From assembly GCA_947624375.1 (NCBI GenBank), contig CANQKD010000008.1:1-64000 (forward strand): DNA of 64,000 nucleotides. The letters are read 5' to 3'. Source of the stretch: an uncultured Clostridia bacterium. GTDB lineage: Bacteria; Bacillota; Clostridia; Oscillospirales; Ruminococcaceae. Position numbers and translations under genes: made by a program. Positions within the stretch are counted from its first letter, which is position 1. Each line of letters opens with the position of its first letter. Positions 55,905 to 64,000 of the stretch are shown here, piece after piece. The notes beneath the pieces are model-generated. The model saw only the letters and a list, made by a program, of their open reading frames with translations. It was not told where the DNA came from and searched no databases.

Positions 55905-56852
55905 ATGGAACTTGCGTGGCTGCTTTTTCAGAAAGTGGTCGTGATGCTGATATTTCTTGCAGCAGGCGTAATAAGCTATAAATGCAAGCTGATTACCGAT
56001 ATCGGCAACAAAAGCATAACCAACGTCGTGATGTATGTATTCACCCCGATGATGATACTTGTTTCCTTCTGCCAGGATTTTTCAATGAAGCTGCTCAAAG
56101 GGCTTTTCATAACGCTCGGCATCAGCTTTCTCGGGTTCGTCATAGTCATCACGCTTGCCTGCCTTTTGATTCGCAAAAAGGGCATTACCGGCAAAGAAGA
56201 CCCCGACTATATAATAGAGAGATTTTCGGCTATATACACAAACTGCGGCTTTATGGGCATACCCCTTGCAGATGCCCTTTTCGGCGCTGAGGGCGTTTTC
56301 TACATAACAGCGTTTCATTCGGCGTTTATGATACTCGTCTGGACGCACGGCGTGTACATGATAACCGGCGACAAAAAAGAGATATCCATAAAAAAAGTTC
56401 TGCTCAATCCCTCAATAATCGCAACATTTCTCGGCATGATACTCTTTACCGTCCGCTTTGAGTACCCTGAAGTCGTCATGAGCGCCATGGTCTCCATGAA
56501 AGAAACGGTCGCGCCCCTTGCCATGATAATAGCAGGCGTTTCAATATCGCAGTCAAATCTTTTAAAGGCAATAAAAAATGTCAGGCTGTACCGCACCTGC
56601 GCCGTAAGGCTTGTGATAATACCTCTCGTGCTGGTGTTCTTCCTGACATGGATATTCCGTTTTCTCGGGGTAAGCGAGACCGCCCTGCTGACAACGATAC
56701 TCGCGTTTTCCTGCCCCACCGCAACAATGGGTACTATGATGTCCATACGTTTTGGCAAGAACGCCGAGGCGGCATCGCAGCTTTTCGCGCTTACTACCGT
56801 TCTTTCGGTAATTACAATGCCGCTGCTTATTTATGTGCAGAGCCTTCTATGA
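55905..56852 (+). CDS. AEC (auxin efflux carrier) family transporter
   Basis: 315 aa with ~10 TM helices in a 5+5 arrangement typical of the AEC/malate-permease-like family. Confidence 0.7.
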   Translation: MELAWLLFQKVVVMLIFLAAGVISYKCKLITDIGNKSITNVVMYVFTPMMILVSFCQDFSMKLLKGLFITLGISFLGFVIVITLACLLIRKKGITGKEDPDYIIERFSAIYTNCGFMGIPLADALFGAEGVFYITAFHSAFMILVWTHGVYMITGDKKEISIKKVLLNPSIIATFLGMILFTVRFEYPEVVMSAMVSMKETVAPLAMIIAGVSISQSNLLKAIKNVRLYRTCAVRLVIIPLVLVFFLTWIFRFLGVSETALLTTILAFSCPTATMGTMMSIRFGKNAEAASQLFALTTVLSVITMPLLIYVQSLL

Positions 56853-57708
56853 TGCTCTCCAGAATAAGGCACTTGTTTCCTCTTTGTTCAAAAATGCGTT
56901 CAAACTTCGGCTTGGCGCATTTTATTATGCCTGCAATCGGGTCGGCAATGGTAACGGTATCTTCGTCATACCCTATAAGCACAGCCCCATGGTCGCTGTG
57001 GCTCCAGTCCATAAAAATCCCGTCATCTCTGTACCAGCCGTATACAGCGCCGCGTTCTGTCATGCTGACTGTTACCCATACCATAACGGGCGTGCCGCTG
57101 CTCACCAGAGCGTAAAGATCCTGTGGAGTGCTGCCGCTTATGTTTTTCGGCTTCATGTCAGCATTTATATCCGAAAGATAGCCGTTCAGTGCCGTCATTA
57201 TCGCAGGCACTCCGCAAATTATTCCGTCACTTGTGGTCGGGTCGCCTATAAAGTAATGCTCCATATCCGCGCCGTATGTCCTGCCGTCACTGCCCGTATG
57301 CAGAGAGGGGCTTGGCAGCGTGGGCAGATACTTCACCGCTAACGTCTTTTTGTCGATTTCAAAACCTGCATATCTGAGCAGCATAGCCGCCGCGGTTATC
57401 TCGCACCCTGTCGGCAGCTCCGGGTCTTGGTATATCAAAGGAAAATTATTTATATAAGCGCTTTCGTGCACCAGCTGATGAATTACTGTATCAGCCGCAG
57501 GCGTTTCAGTCGTCACAGCCGTGCCTGTATCGGTCGTTTCGGGCTTTGCGGCAGTGGCAGGCGAAGTCGTAGGTTTGTCAGCCTGAGCGTACCGCACGCT
57601 TTCTTCGGCTTCGTATTCGACCACTGTGTCAGCCTTCACGCATGAGGTCATCGCTGCCGCCATTACAGCCGCCGCTGCAGCGGTCATTATCTTTTTTGTA
57701 TGTATCAT
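56827..57708 (-). CDS. Secreted or lipoprotein cysteine-peptidase-like protein (C39-like / BtrH-like domain)
   Basis: Start set at MIHTKK. Signal peptide is followed by a Cys. A Thr/Pro/Ala-rich linker precedes a C-terminal domain with conserved Cys...His in a papain-like arrangement. Confidence 0.45.
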   Translation of the reverse strand: MIHTKKIMTAAAAAVMAAAMTSCVKADTVVEYEAEESVRYAQADKPTTSPATAAKPETTDTGTAVTTETPAADTVIHQLVHESAYINNFPLIYQDPELPTGCEITAAAMLLRYAGFEIDKKTLAVKYLPTLPSPSLHTGSDGRTYGADMEHYFIGDPTTSDGIICGVPAIMTALNGYLSDINADMKPKNISGSTPQDLYALVSSGTPVMVWVTVSMTERGAVYGWYRDDGIFMDWSHSDHGAVLIGYDEDTVTIADPIAGIIKCAKPKFERIFEQRGNKCLILESIIEGSAHK

Positions 57709-57743
57709 TAAGCTGCTTATCCTCCCCAAGTTCAGCGTAATGT

Positions 57744-58982
57744 TCATATCCTGTATTCTTCAAATATATATGCCGTTGTGTTGTCTATAAGCGCGTCAAG
57801 CAAAATTCCGCTTTCTGTGTATTCCTGCGAAAATATCTTGCCATCGCAGCTGAGTATCTTGTTTACAAGTCCGCTCTTGTCATAAGGCAGCATAACTTTC
57901 ATTCGCTGCGCCGTCGGTCTCAGAGCCCTTTGCAGAGCGTGCAGCATATTGTCAATGCCCTCGCCCGTTTTTGCGGATATCTTTATTACCTCTGAGCCGC
58001 TTTCAAAACCGCCCTGTTTATCGCACTTGTTAAGCACCGTAACTATCGGTATTCCCTCGCAGCCAAGCTCTTTCAGAAGATTTAAAGTGACCTGCGCTTT
58101 TTCACTCATCGCCTCGTCAGAAGCATCACAAAGATGTATTATCACATCGGCAGAGGCAGCCTCCTCCAGTGTCGAGCGAAACGCCTCGACCAGCTGATGC
58201 GGCAGGCGGCTTATAAGCCCTACCGTGTCTATCAGCGTAACACTTCTGCCGTCGGGCAGTTCTATCGCGCGCGAGGTCGTTTCCAGCGTTGCGAACAGCT
58301 TGTCCTCAGCCAGCACCCCTGCTTGAGTCATGGTGTTAAGTAACGTAGATTTTCCCGCATTTGTGTAGCCCACTATCGCGCAGGTCAGCACGCCGTCTTT
58401 CTTTCTCTTTCCGCGAAGCAAAGCTCTGCGCTTTTCTATTTCTTTAAGCTCCCGTGAAAGAGTCTGTATCCTCGCCCTGATGTGCCTCTTGTCTACTTCC
58501 AGCTTGCTCTCGCCCGGTCCTCGCGTGCCAATGCCGCCGCCCAGACGTGAAAGCTTAACACCCATGCCCGTAAGCCTTGCAAGGCGGTATTTGTTCTGCG
58601 CAAGCTCTACCTGCAAACGCCCCTCGTGTGTTACCGCTCGCTGAGCGAAAATGTCAAGTATCAGCATGGTGCGGTCGATCGTGAAAACGCCGCAAACGCT
58701 CTCTATGTTTCTTATCTGCGTGGCGGTCAGCTCGTGGTCGAATACTATCATGTCAGCATCGAGAGAGCGGCAAAGCTGAGCCATCTCCTCCAGCCTGCCC
58801 GAGCCTATGCAGGTCGCCGCATCAAAAGAGGGTCGCTTTTGTATTATGCTAGCCACTGCCTCTCCGCCTGCGGTGTCAATAAGGCTGCAAAGCTCCTCCA
58901 TCGAGCGCTCGGCATCAAATTCGCCCGTATCAACGCAAACCGCCACTATTTTCGACCTGTTTTCGGTGTTATCATGCATCAC
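57744..58982 (-). CDS. hflX: GTPase HflX
   Basis: HflX N-domain plus G-domain GYTNAGKSTLLN, DTVG and NKCD. Confidence 0.85.
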   Translation of the reverse strand: MMHDNTENRSKIVAVCVDTGEFDAERSMEELCSLIDTAGGEAVASIIQKRPSFDAATCIGSGRLEEMAQLCRSLDADMIVFDHELTATQIRNIESVCGVFTIDRTMLILDIFAQRAVTHEGRLQVELAQNKYRLARLTGMGVKLSRLGGGIGTRGPGESKLEVDKRHIRARIQTLSRELKEIEKRRALLRGKRKKDGVLTCAIVGYTNAGKSTLLNTMTQAGVLAEDKLFATLETTSRAIELPDGRSVTLIDTVGLISRLPHQLVEAFRSTLEEAASADVIIHLCDASDEAMSEKAQVTLNLLKELGCEGIPIVTVLNKCDKQGGFESGSEVIKISAKTGEGIDNMLHALQRALRPTAQRMKVMLPYDKSGLVNKILSCDGKIFSQEYTESGILLDALIDNTTAYIFEEYRI

Positions 58983-59048
58983 TTAAAGAGCTCCTTAAAA
59001 AATAAGACGAGCCGCCATTGTGACAGCGGCCCGTCTATGCCGATCTTT

Positions 59049-59309
59049 TTACTTTAGAAATCTTACCACAGACATTATTATTCCGCCAAGAACGTAGATC
59101 TCAACGAGCGCTCCGATTATGCCGAAGATAATCCCCACAACGGGAATAGAGCTCAGCACGCCTATCAGCACGCCTATTATCGCGCCTACAACAACATAGA
59201 TAACTATCGCTATTACAAGCGACATAACGTTATCTTTAGATATAGGTGCAATGGTATCTCCTATCGGGAACAATTTTTCAAGCTGATCCATGTCTTTCAC
59301 CCTCCGCAA
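59049..59309 (-). CDS. Small membrane protein (2 TM, Gly/Ile-rich)
   Basis: 86-aa ORF with two hydrophobic helices. Confidence 0.45.
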   Translation of the reverse strand: MRRVKDMDQLEKLFPIGDTIAPISKDNVMSLVIAIVIYVVVGAIIGVLIGVLSSIPVVGIIFGIIGALVEIYVLGGIIMSVVRFLK

Positions 59310-59519
59310 AAAATTTACTGCTTTAATTATAAACCATTTTTTTCTTTTTGTAAATAGATTTGTTGACTTTTAGGAGCGTTTTTATATATTCTAAACATAT
59401 TGCGTGAAAATAATTCGTATAAAATATAGCAAAACACTATAGAAATCTTTGAAAAAATGTTGTATAATATAATAAGTATGTTCTTTCAGAAATTCAGCAT
59501 TATGAACGGAGCGGCTTTT

Positions 59520-61010
59520 ATGGAAAAATATGACGTCGTTGTAGTAGGCGCGGGGGCAGCAGGGCTTTCCGCGGTGATAAATCTTTCAAGAGAGCGCAGG
59601 GTGCTTATGATATGCAAAGGCGATCTTGAGCTTTGCAATTCAAACCTCGCGCAGGGCGGTATAGCAGGCGTTTATAATTCGCCCGGCGACAGCCCCGAGC
59701 TTCACGAGCACGATACCTTTGTTGCAGGCGGCTTTGAAAATAACCCTATCACTACCGATATCCTTGTAAACGAAGCGAAGATAGATATAGCAAGGCTTAT
59801 AGAGTACGGCGTGGAGTTTGACAAGACACCCGACGGCGACTACCACAGAACGCTGGAGGGCGGTCACGGCAGGCACAGGATATTCCACCATGCCGATGCC
59901 ACGGGTCATGAGATAGTTATCAAGCTGCAAAAGGTAGTAAAGGGGCTTGAAAATGTTGATATCCTCGATAACGCGCTGCTTTGCGGCATAAAGAGGATAA
60001 ACGGCGGCTTTGTGTTCGATATACTTAAAGACGGCGAGTATAAAACATATGCCTCGCAGTATGCCATACTTGCAACGGGCGGCATAGGCAGGGTTTATGA
60101 ATATACCACCAACTCCGCTATTGCAACGGGTGACGGCATTGCCTTTGCATACGGCATGGGCGCGGTGATAAAGAATTTAAGCTATATACAGTTTCACCCA
60201 ACCGCTTTCAACAACAGGCAGACAAGAGAGTGCTTTCTTATCTCCGAGGCGGTAAGGGGCGAGGGCGCGTATCTGCGCAACTGCCATAAAGAACGCTTTA
60301 TGCAGGACTATGACAAACGTTTAGAGCTCGCGCCGAGAGATGTGGTCTCGCATTCGATAATTTTTGAGGCAAAGAAAACCGGCAGCGACGACTTTTATAT
60401 AGACATCACCCACAAAGACCCAGAGTTTATCAAAAAGCGCTTCCCTATGATATATTCAAATCTGCTTGAAGCAGGCTACGATATGACCAAAGACTTAGTG
60501 CCGATATTCCCCTGCCAGCATTACCTTATGGGCGGCATAAACGTTGACAGCCACTCGCAAACTTCTATAGACGGTCTGTATGCCTGCGGAGAGTGCTCGC
60601 ATACGGGCGTTCACGGCAATAACAGGCTCGCTTCAAATTCTCTGCTTGAAGCGCTGGTGTTCTCTCGCAGAGCGGCTATGCAGATAAACGGCAGAAGATT
60701 TTCTAATTCTTTCGATCCGCAGGACTGCTTTACCCACGACCTTAACGCGCCGCATATCCCGAAAGGTCTGCGTACCGAGATTCGCGCCATTATGCAGAAA
60801 GCTTACTTTGTAATGCCCAACGTAAACGCCATTTTTGAGGGATATGAAAGAGTAAAAGAGATAAAAGAGTTTTTAGATAAGGGCAATTTCAAGGTCGATA
60901 AAGACTACGTTGAGGCAAGGAGCCTTGCAACGGTGGCGTTCATAATTTTGAAAGAAACAAAGGCTATAGCCAGCGAAAACGCCGAGATAACGCGCAATAA
61001 TGTCAGGTAA
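59520..61010 (+). CDS. nadB: L-aspartate oxidase
   Basis: FAD-binding YDVVVVGAGAAGLSA, RAEGG-like NLAQGGIA, and His/Arg active-site residues of the fumarate-reductase flavoprotein family. It lies adjacent to nadC. Confidence 0.8.
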   Translation: MEKYDVVVVGAGAAGLSAVINLSRERRVLMICKGDLELCNSNLAQGGIAGVYNSPGDSPELHEHDTFVAGGFENNPITTDILVNEAKIDIARLIEYGVEFDKTPDGDYHRTLEGGHGRHRIFHHADATGHEIVIKLQKVVKGLENVDILDNALLCGIKRINGGFVFDILKDGEYKTYASQYAILATGGIGRVYEYTTNSAIATGDGIAFAYGMGAVIKNLSYIQFHPTAFNNRQTRECFLISEAVRGEGAYLRNCHKERFMQDYDKRLELAPRDVVSHSIIFEAKKTGSDDFYIDITHKDPEFIKKRFPMIYSNLLEAGYDMTKDLVPIFPCQHYLMGGINVDSHSQTSIDGLYACGECSHTGVHGNNRLASNSLLEALVFSRRAAMQINGRRFSNSFDPQDCFTHDLNAPHIPKGLRTEIRAIMQKAYFVMPNVNAIFEGYERVKEIKEFLDKGNFKVDKDYVEARSLATVAFIILKETKAIASENAEITRNNVR

Positions 61011-61395
61011 GAGAAAATTTTATTACCTCGCCCTGTTCATAATATCCATGTCGTGGTATATACTGTGGGCTTTTGTAATAGAAGCACGGTTTTACGGTCA
61101 GTGGCCTGCCTATGCCCTGGCAGGGTATCTTTCTTGTTTTCTTGAAGTAGGAATAGAGAAGTTTTTCTATGTAAGAACATATAGGAGCGACGAGGTAATA
61201 AGCAAGTTCAGCACCGCGCTTTTCTCTGTAGCAATACCTGCCTATATAGCCGAGTGCTTTGGCAGCATAGCGCGCTTGAACGGCATGATCGACGACCGCA
61301 CATTATGCTTTTGCTGCGTTACAGCGTGTACGCTGTGGATAAGGCTGGTATTCTGGGTAGTAGAAAAACTCATAGACAAACTTAAACGTAAATGA
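61000..61395 (+). CDS. Hypothetical 4-TM membrane protein between nadB and nadC
   Basis: 131-aa hydrophobic ORF overlapping the nadB stop. Confidence 0.45.
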   Translation: MSGKRKFYYLALFIISMSWYILWAFVIEARFYGQWPAYALAGYLSCFLEVGIEKFFYVRTYRSDEVISKFSTALFSVAIPAYIAECFGSIARLNGMIDDRTLCFCCVTACTLWIRLVFWVVEKLIDKLKRK

Positions 61396-61413
61396 TTTTT
61401 GGAGGTATGTTTT

Positions 61414-62253
61414 ATGCGCCTTATGCAGTTCCAGATCGACGATATTATAAAGACCGCCCTTTTGGAAGATATAAATTATGTCGATGTTTCGACAGACTAT
61501 CTTGTTGAAGAAAACAGCGTTTCAACCGCGCGCTATGTCGCCAAGGCAGACGGCGTTCTGTGCGGTGTAGATATCGCCGCAAGAGTGTTTGAGCTGCTTG
61601 ACAGCGAAGCTGAAAGCGAGATATACATCCACGACGGCGAGAGCGTTAAAAAAGGCGATATCATAGCAAGGTTCACGGCAAAAACGCGCGCCCTGCTCAA
61701 AGGCGAAAGAACGGCTCTCAACATAATACAGCATATGTCGGGTATAGCTACCGCAACAAACAGGTGTGTAAAGCTCGTAGAGGGCACAAAGGCAAGTATA
61801 GCAGACACAAGAAAGACACTCCCGGGGCTGAGGGTGCTGCAAAAGTATGCGGTAACTGTAGGCGGCGGCAAGAACCACAGATATAACCTTTCCGATTGTG
61901 CCATGCTGAAAGATACCCATATAGATGCCTACGGCTCGATAACCGCGGCGGTAAACAAGCTGCGCGAAAGCGTGGGTCATACCACCAAGATAGAAGTTGA
62001 GGTAGGAAATTTAGAGCAGCTGAAAGAGGCTTTAGATCTTGATGTAGAGATAATAATGCTCGATAATATGAGCGTTGACGATATGAAAAAAGCCGTTGAA
62101 ATAACAAACGGCAAGAGCCTGCTGGAGGCTTCGGGCAACGTTACCGAGGAGAATATAAAAGAGATAGCGCAAACGGGCGTTGACATAATCTCCCTCGGCG
62201 CGCTTACACATTCGGTAAAGGCTTTTGATATCTCGATGAAAATGGATAAGTAA
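61414..62253 (+). CDS. nadC: Nicotinate-nucleotide pyrophosphorylase (quinolinate phosphoribosyltransferase)
   Basis: Start at MRLMQFQ with a GGAGG RBS. Has a TRKT.PG-type motif and the C-terminal (β/α) barrel pattern of QPRTase. Confidence 0.85.
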   Translation: MRLMQFQIDDIIKTALLEDINYVDVSTDYLVEENSVSTARYVAKADGVLCGVDIAARVFELLDSEAESEIYIHDGESVKKGDIIARFTAKTRALLKGERTALNIIQHMSGIATATNRCVKLVEGTKASIADTRKTLPGLRVLQKYAVTVGGGKNHRYNLSDCAMLKDTHIDAYGSITAAVNKLRESVGHTTKIEVEVGNLEQLKEALDLDVEIIMLDNMSVDDMKKAVEITNGKSLLEASGNVTEENIKEIAQTGVDIISLGALTHSVKAFDISMKMDK

Positions 62254-62264
62254 GAGGTGCTTTT

Positions 62265-63056
62265 ATGGCAAGCATAATGGACGGCGAAAGACAATTCCAT
62301 ATACAAACGCTGCCCGAGGAGGTCGGCAGGTATGTAATACTGCCCGGCGACCCCGGCAGAGTACCCAAGATAGCGCAGTATCTGCAAAACGCAAAGCATG
62401 TGGCGTGCAACCGCGAGTATAACGTGTATACCGGCACGCTTGACGGCGAAAAAGTCACCGTGTGCTCCACCGGCATAGGCGGTCCTTCGGCTGCAATAGC
62501 CGTTGAGGAGCTTATAAAATGCGGCGCTGATACATTTATACGCATAGGCACCAGCGGCGGCATGGATATAGAAGTTTCGGGCGGCGACCTTATAATTGCG
62601 TTAGCTTCCGTCAGGGGAGAGGGCACTTCGTATGAGTATCTTCCCAAAGATTACCCCTGCACCGCAAGTTTTGAGGTGGTAGAGGCTCTCAAACAGGCTG
62701 CCGAGAAAACATCTTCCGAAAAGATCGGCAACAGATATCATATAGGCGTAGTACACTCAAAAGACAGCTTTTACGGCGAGGTAGAGCCGCAGTCATCACC
62801 AATGTCTGCCGATATTACGCAGCGGTGGGACAGCTATCTTCGCTGCGGCTGCCTTACAAGCGAGATGGAAAGCTCGGCGGTGTTCGCGGTGTGTACCGCA
62901 CATAAAAAGCGCAGAGGCGCGGTGTTCACAGCCCTATGGAACGTTGAACGCTCAAAACAGGGGCTTGAAGACAATATAACCTATGATTCTACAAGAGCGA
63001 TAGAATGTGCAGTAGATGCTATAAAAATTCTGATACAGCAGGATAAAAAACGCTGA
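62265..63056 (+). CDS. udp: Uridine phosphorylase (PNP/UDP family 1)
   Basis: YVILPGDPGRV...VCSTGIGGPSAAIAVEELI...FIRIGTSGG aligns closely with E. coli Udp. EMESSAVF corresponds to the EMES motif. Confidence 0.8.
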   Translation: MASIMDGERQFHIQTLPEEVGRYVILPGDPGRVPKIAQYLQNAKHVACNREYNVYTGTLDGEKVTVCSTGIGGPSAAIAVEELIKCGADTFIRIGTSGGMDIEVSGGDLIIALASVRGEGTSYEYLPKDYPCTASFEVVEALKQAAEKTSSEKIGNRYHIGVVHSKDSFYGEVEPQSSPMSADITQRWDSYLRCGCLTSEMESSAVFAVCTAHKKRRGAVFTALWNVERSKQGLEDNITYDSTRAIECAVDAIKILIQQDKKR

Positions 63057-63057
63057 T

Positions 63058-63801
63058 ATGGGCAAAGAAGAATTTGCCAGAGCCTGTGAAAAGGTCATGG
63101 GCGGCGAGAGGGTAACGGGCGGCATTGGCACGCTGGGCGAAAAAACGCTCCATGCAGTGCTTAAAAACTATTATGAACCATACGGCGGCAATCAAGAGGT
63201 TAAAGTCGGCAGCTTTGTAGCAGATATAGTCGGCGAGAGGGGCATAATAGAGATACAGACCGCAAATTTCGGCAATCTTATAAAAAAGCTCGATGTGTTT
63301 TTGGAATACTGCGATGTAACGGTCGTTTACCCTATGGCGGCGGTAAAATATCTTCGCTGGCTCGACTTAGAAACAGGCGAGCTGTCGGATAGAAGAAAGT
63401 CGCCGCAAAAGCTCACTATGTATGACTGCGCAAGAGAGCTTTATGTAATACGCTACGCGCTGGATAATCCACGGTTTCATTTAAGGCTGTGCCTTTTAGA
63501 GCTTGAAGAGATACGCTTTTTAAACGGCAGGCGCAGCAGAAAGAACAAGAAAAAAGGCTCTACGCGGTGTGACAGGATACCAATATCGCTTGTAGACGAG
63601 ATAGAGTTTGACAGCATAGACGACTATAGGCAGTTTATACCGCAGGGGCTGCAAGATGAGTTTACAAACAAAGATTTTGCCGCCCTTGCCCATACAGATA
63701 CTGAAACTTCGCGCAGGATAATAAATATGCTGGTATACTTAGGCATAGCCGAAAATATCGGCAAAAAAGGCAACGCATTCGTTTACAGAATAAACAGGTA
63801 A
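63058..63801 (+). CDS. Hypothetical protein, possibly a PD-(D/E)xK-like nuclease fold
   Basis: 247 aa. The VADIVGERGIIEIQ segment resembles a D...E.K/Q core. The C-terminus is basic. Confidence 0.4.
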   Translation: MGKEEFARACEKVMGGERVTGGIGTLGEKTLHAVLKNYYEPYGGNQEVKVGSFVADIVGERGIIEIQTANFGNLIKKLDVFLEYCDVTVVYPMAAVKYLRWLDLETGELSDRRKSPQKLTMYDCARELYVIRYALDNPRFHLRLCLLELEEIRFLNGRRSRKNKKKGSTRCDRIPISLVDEIEFDSIDDYRQFIPQGLQDEFTNKDFAALAHTDTETSRRIINMLVYLGIAENIGKKGNAFVYRINR

Positions 63802-63823
63802 GGAGACGTAAAATGAAAGTAAA

Positions 63824-64000
63824 GAAAAGAATTTTTTCATTTGTATCGCTGCTGACGGCGGTGGTAATAATTATCGCAATAATGCCAGTGCAGATGACCG
63901 CCGAGGCAATAACCTTTGATAACGACCTCGAGATACATTCCGAGGCGGTGTATATGATAAGCCTTGATACCGATGATGTAGTGTATTCCAAGAATTCCGA
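63824..64000 (+). CDS. D-alanyl-D-alanine carboxypeptidase (PBP5/DacF-like), N-terminal fragment truncated by the window end
   Basis: Signal peptide MKVKKRIFSFVSLLTAVVIIIA, followed by AVYMISLDTDDVVYSKN, which is typical of the S11 N-terminus. Confidence 0.5.

Overview
This is a 64 kb chromosomal segment from a roughly 50% GC, spore-forming Clostridia-type Firmicute. Lineage markers present are spo0A, a cotJA-cotJB-cotJC operon, an alpha/beta-type SASP and a type-A RNase P RNA. Most of the window is housekeeping: secG, prfB (no frameshift), tyrA, a phosphofructokinase, fba, pyrE, nadB/nadC, udp, hflX, pepF, a feoA-feoA-feoB-Cys-rich-peptide iron-uptake operon, tRNA-Arg(ACG), a Mrp/ApbC ATPase, a CDF transporter and QueT. 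Two genes read as second-messenger signalling: a degenerate-GGDEF/EAL protein and a 1016-aa periplasmic beta-propeller sensor fused to HD-GYP. The most unusual locus is a monocistronic 1301-aa protein (15738-19643, minus strand) with two N-terminal TIR-type domains, Sel1-like repeats and a very long TPR array. The array contains three in-frame 429-bp tandem units, two of them identical at the DNA level. I propose it as a single-gene, Avs/NLR-like or TIR-NADase-type immune or conflict sensor with a rapidly evolving repeat array. Other points of interest are: a translationally coupled pair of paralogous HTH-WYL-type regulators (PafBC-like) upstream of an SPFH gene; a tRNA-like T-arm fragment; a low-GC kinase gene that looks horizontally acquired; an orphan radical-SAM/SPASM gene; and a previously uncharacterised family of mosaic palindromic, BIME-like intergenic repeats. 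These repeats occur at three loci (1-900, 28500-29005, 42350-42840), including a module present in inverted orientation and an exact 80-nt tandem duplicate.
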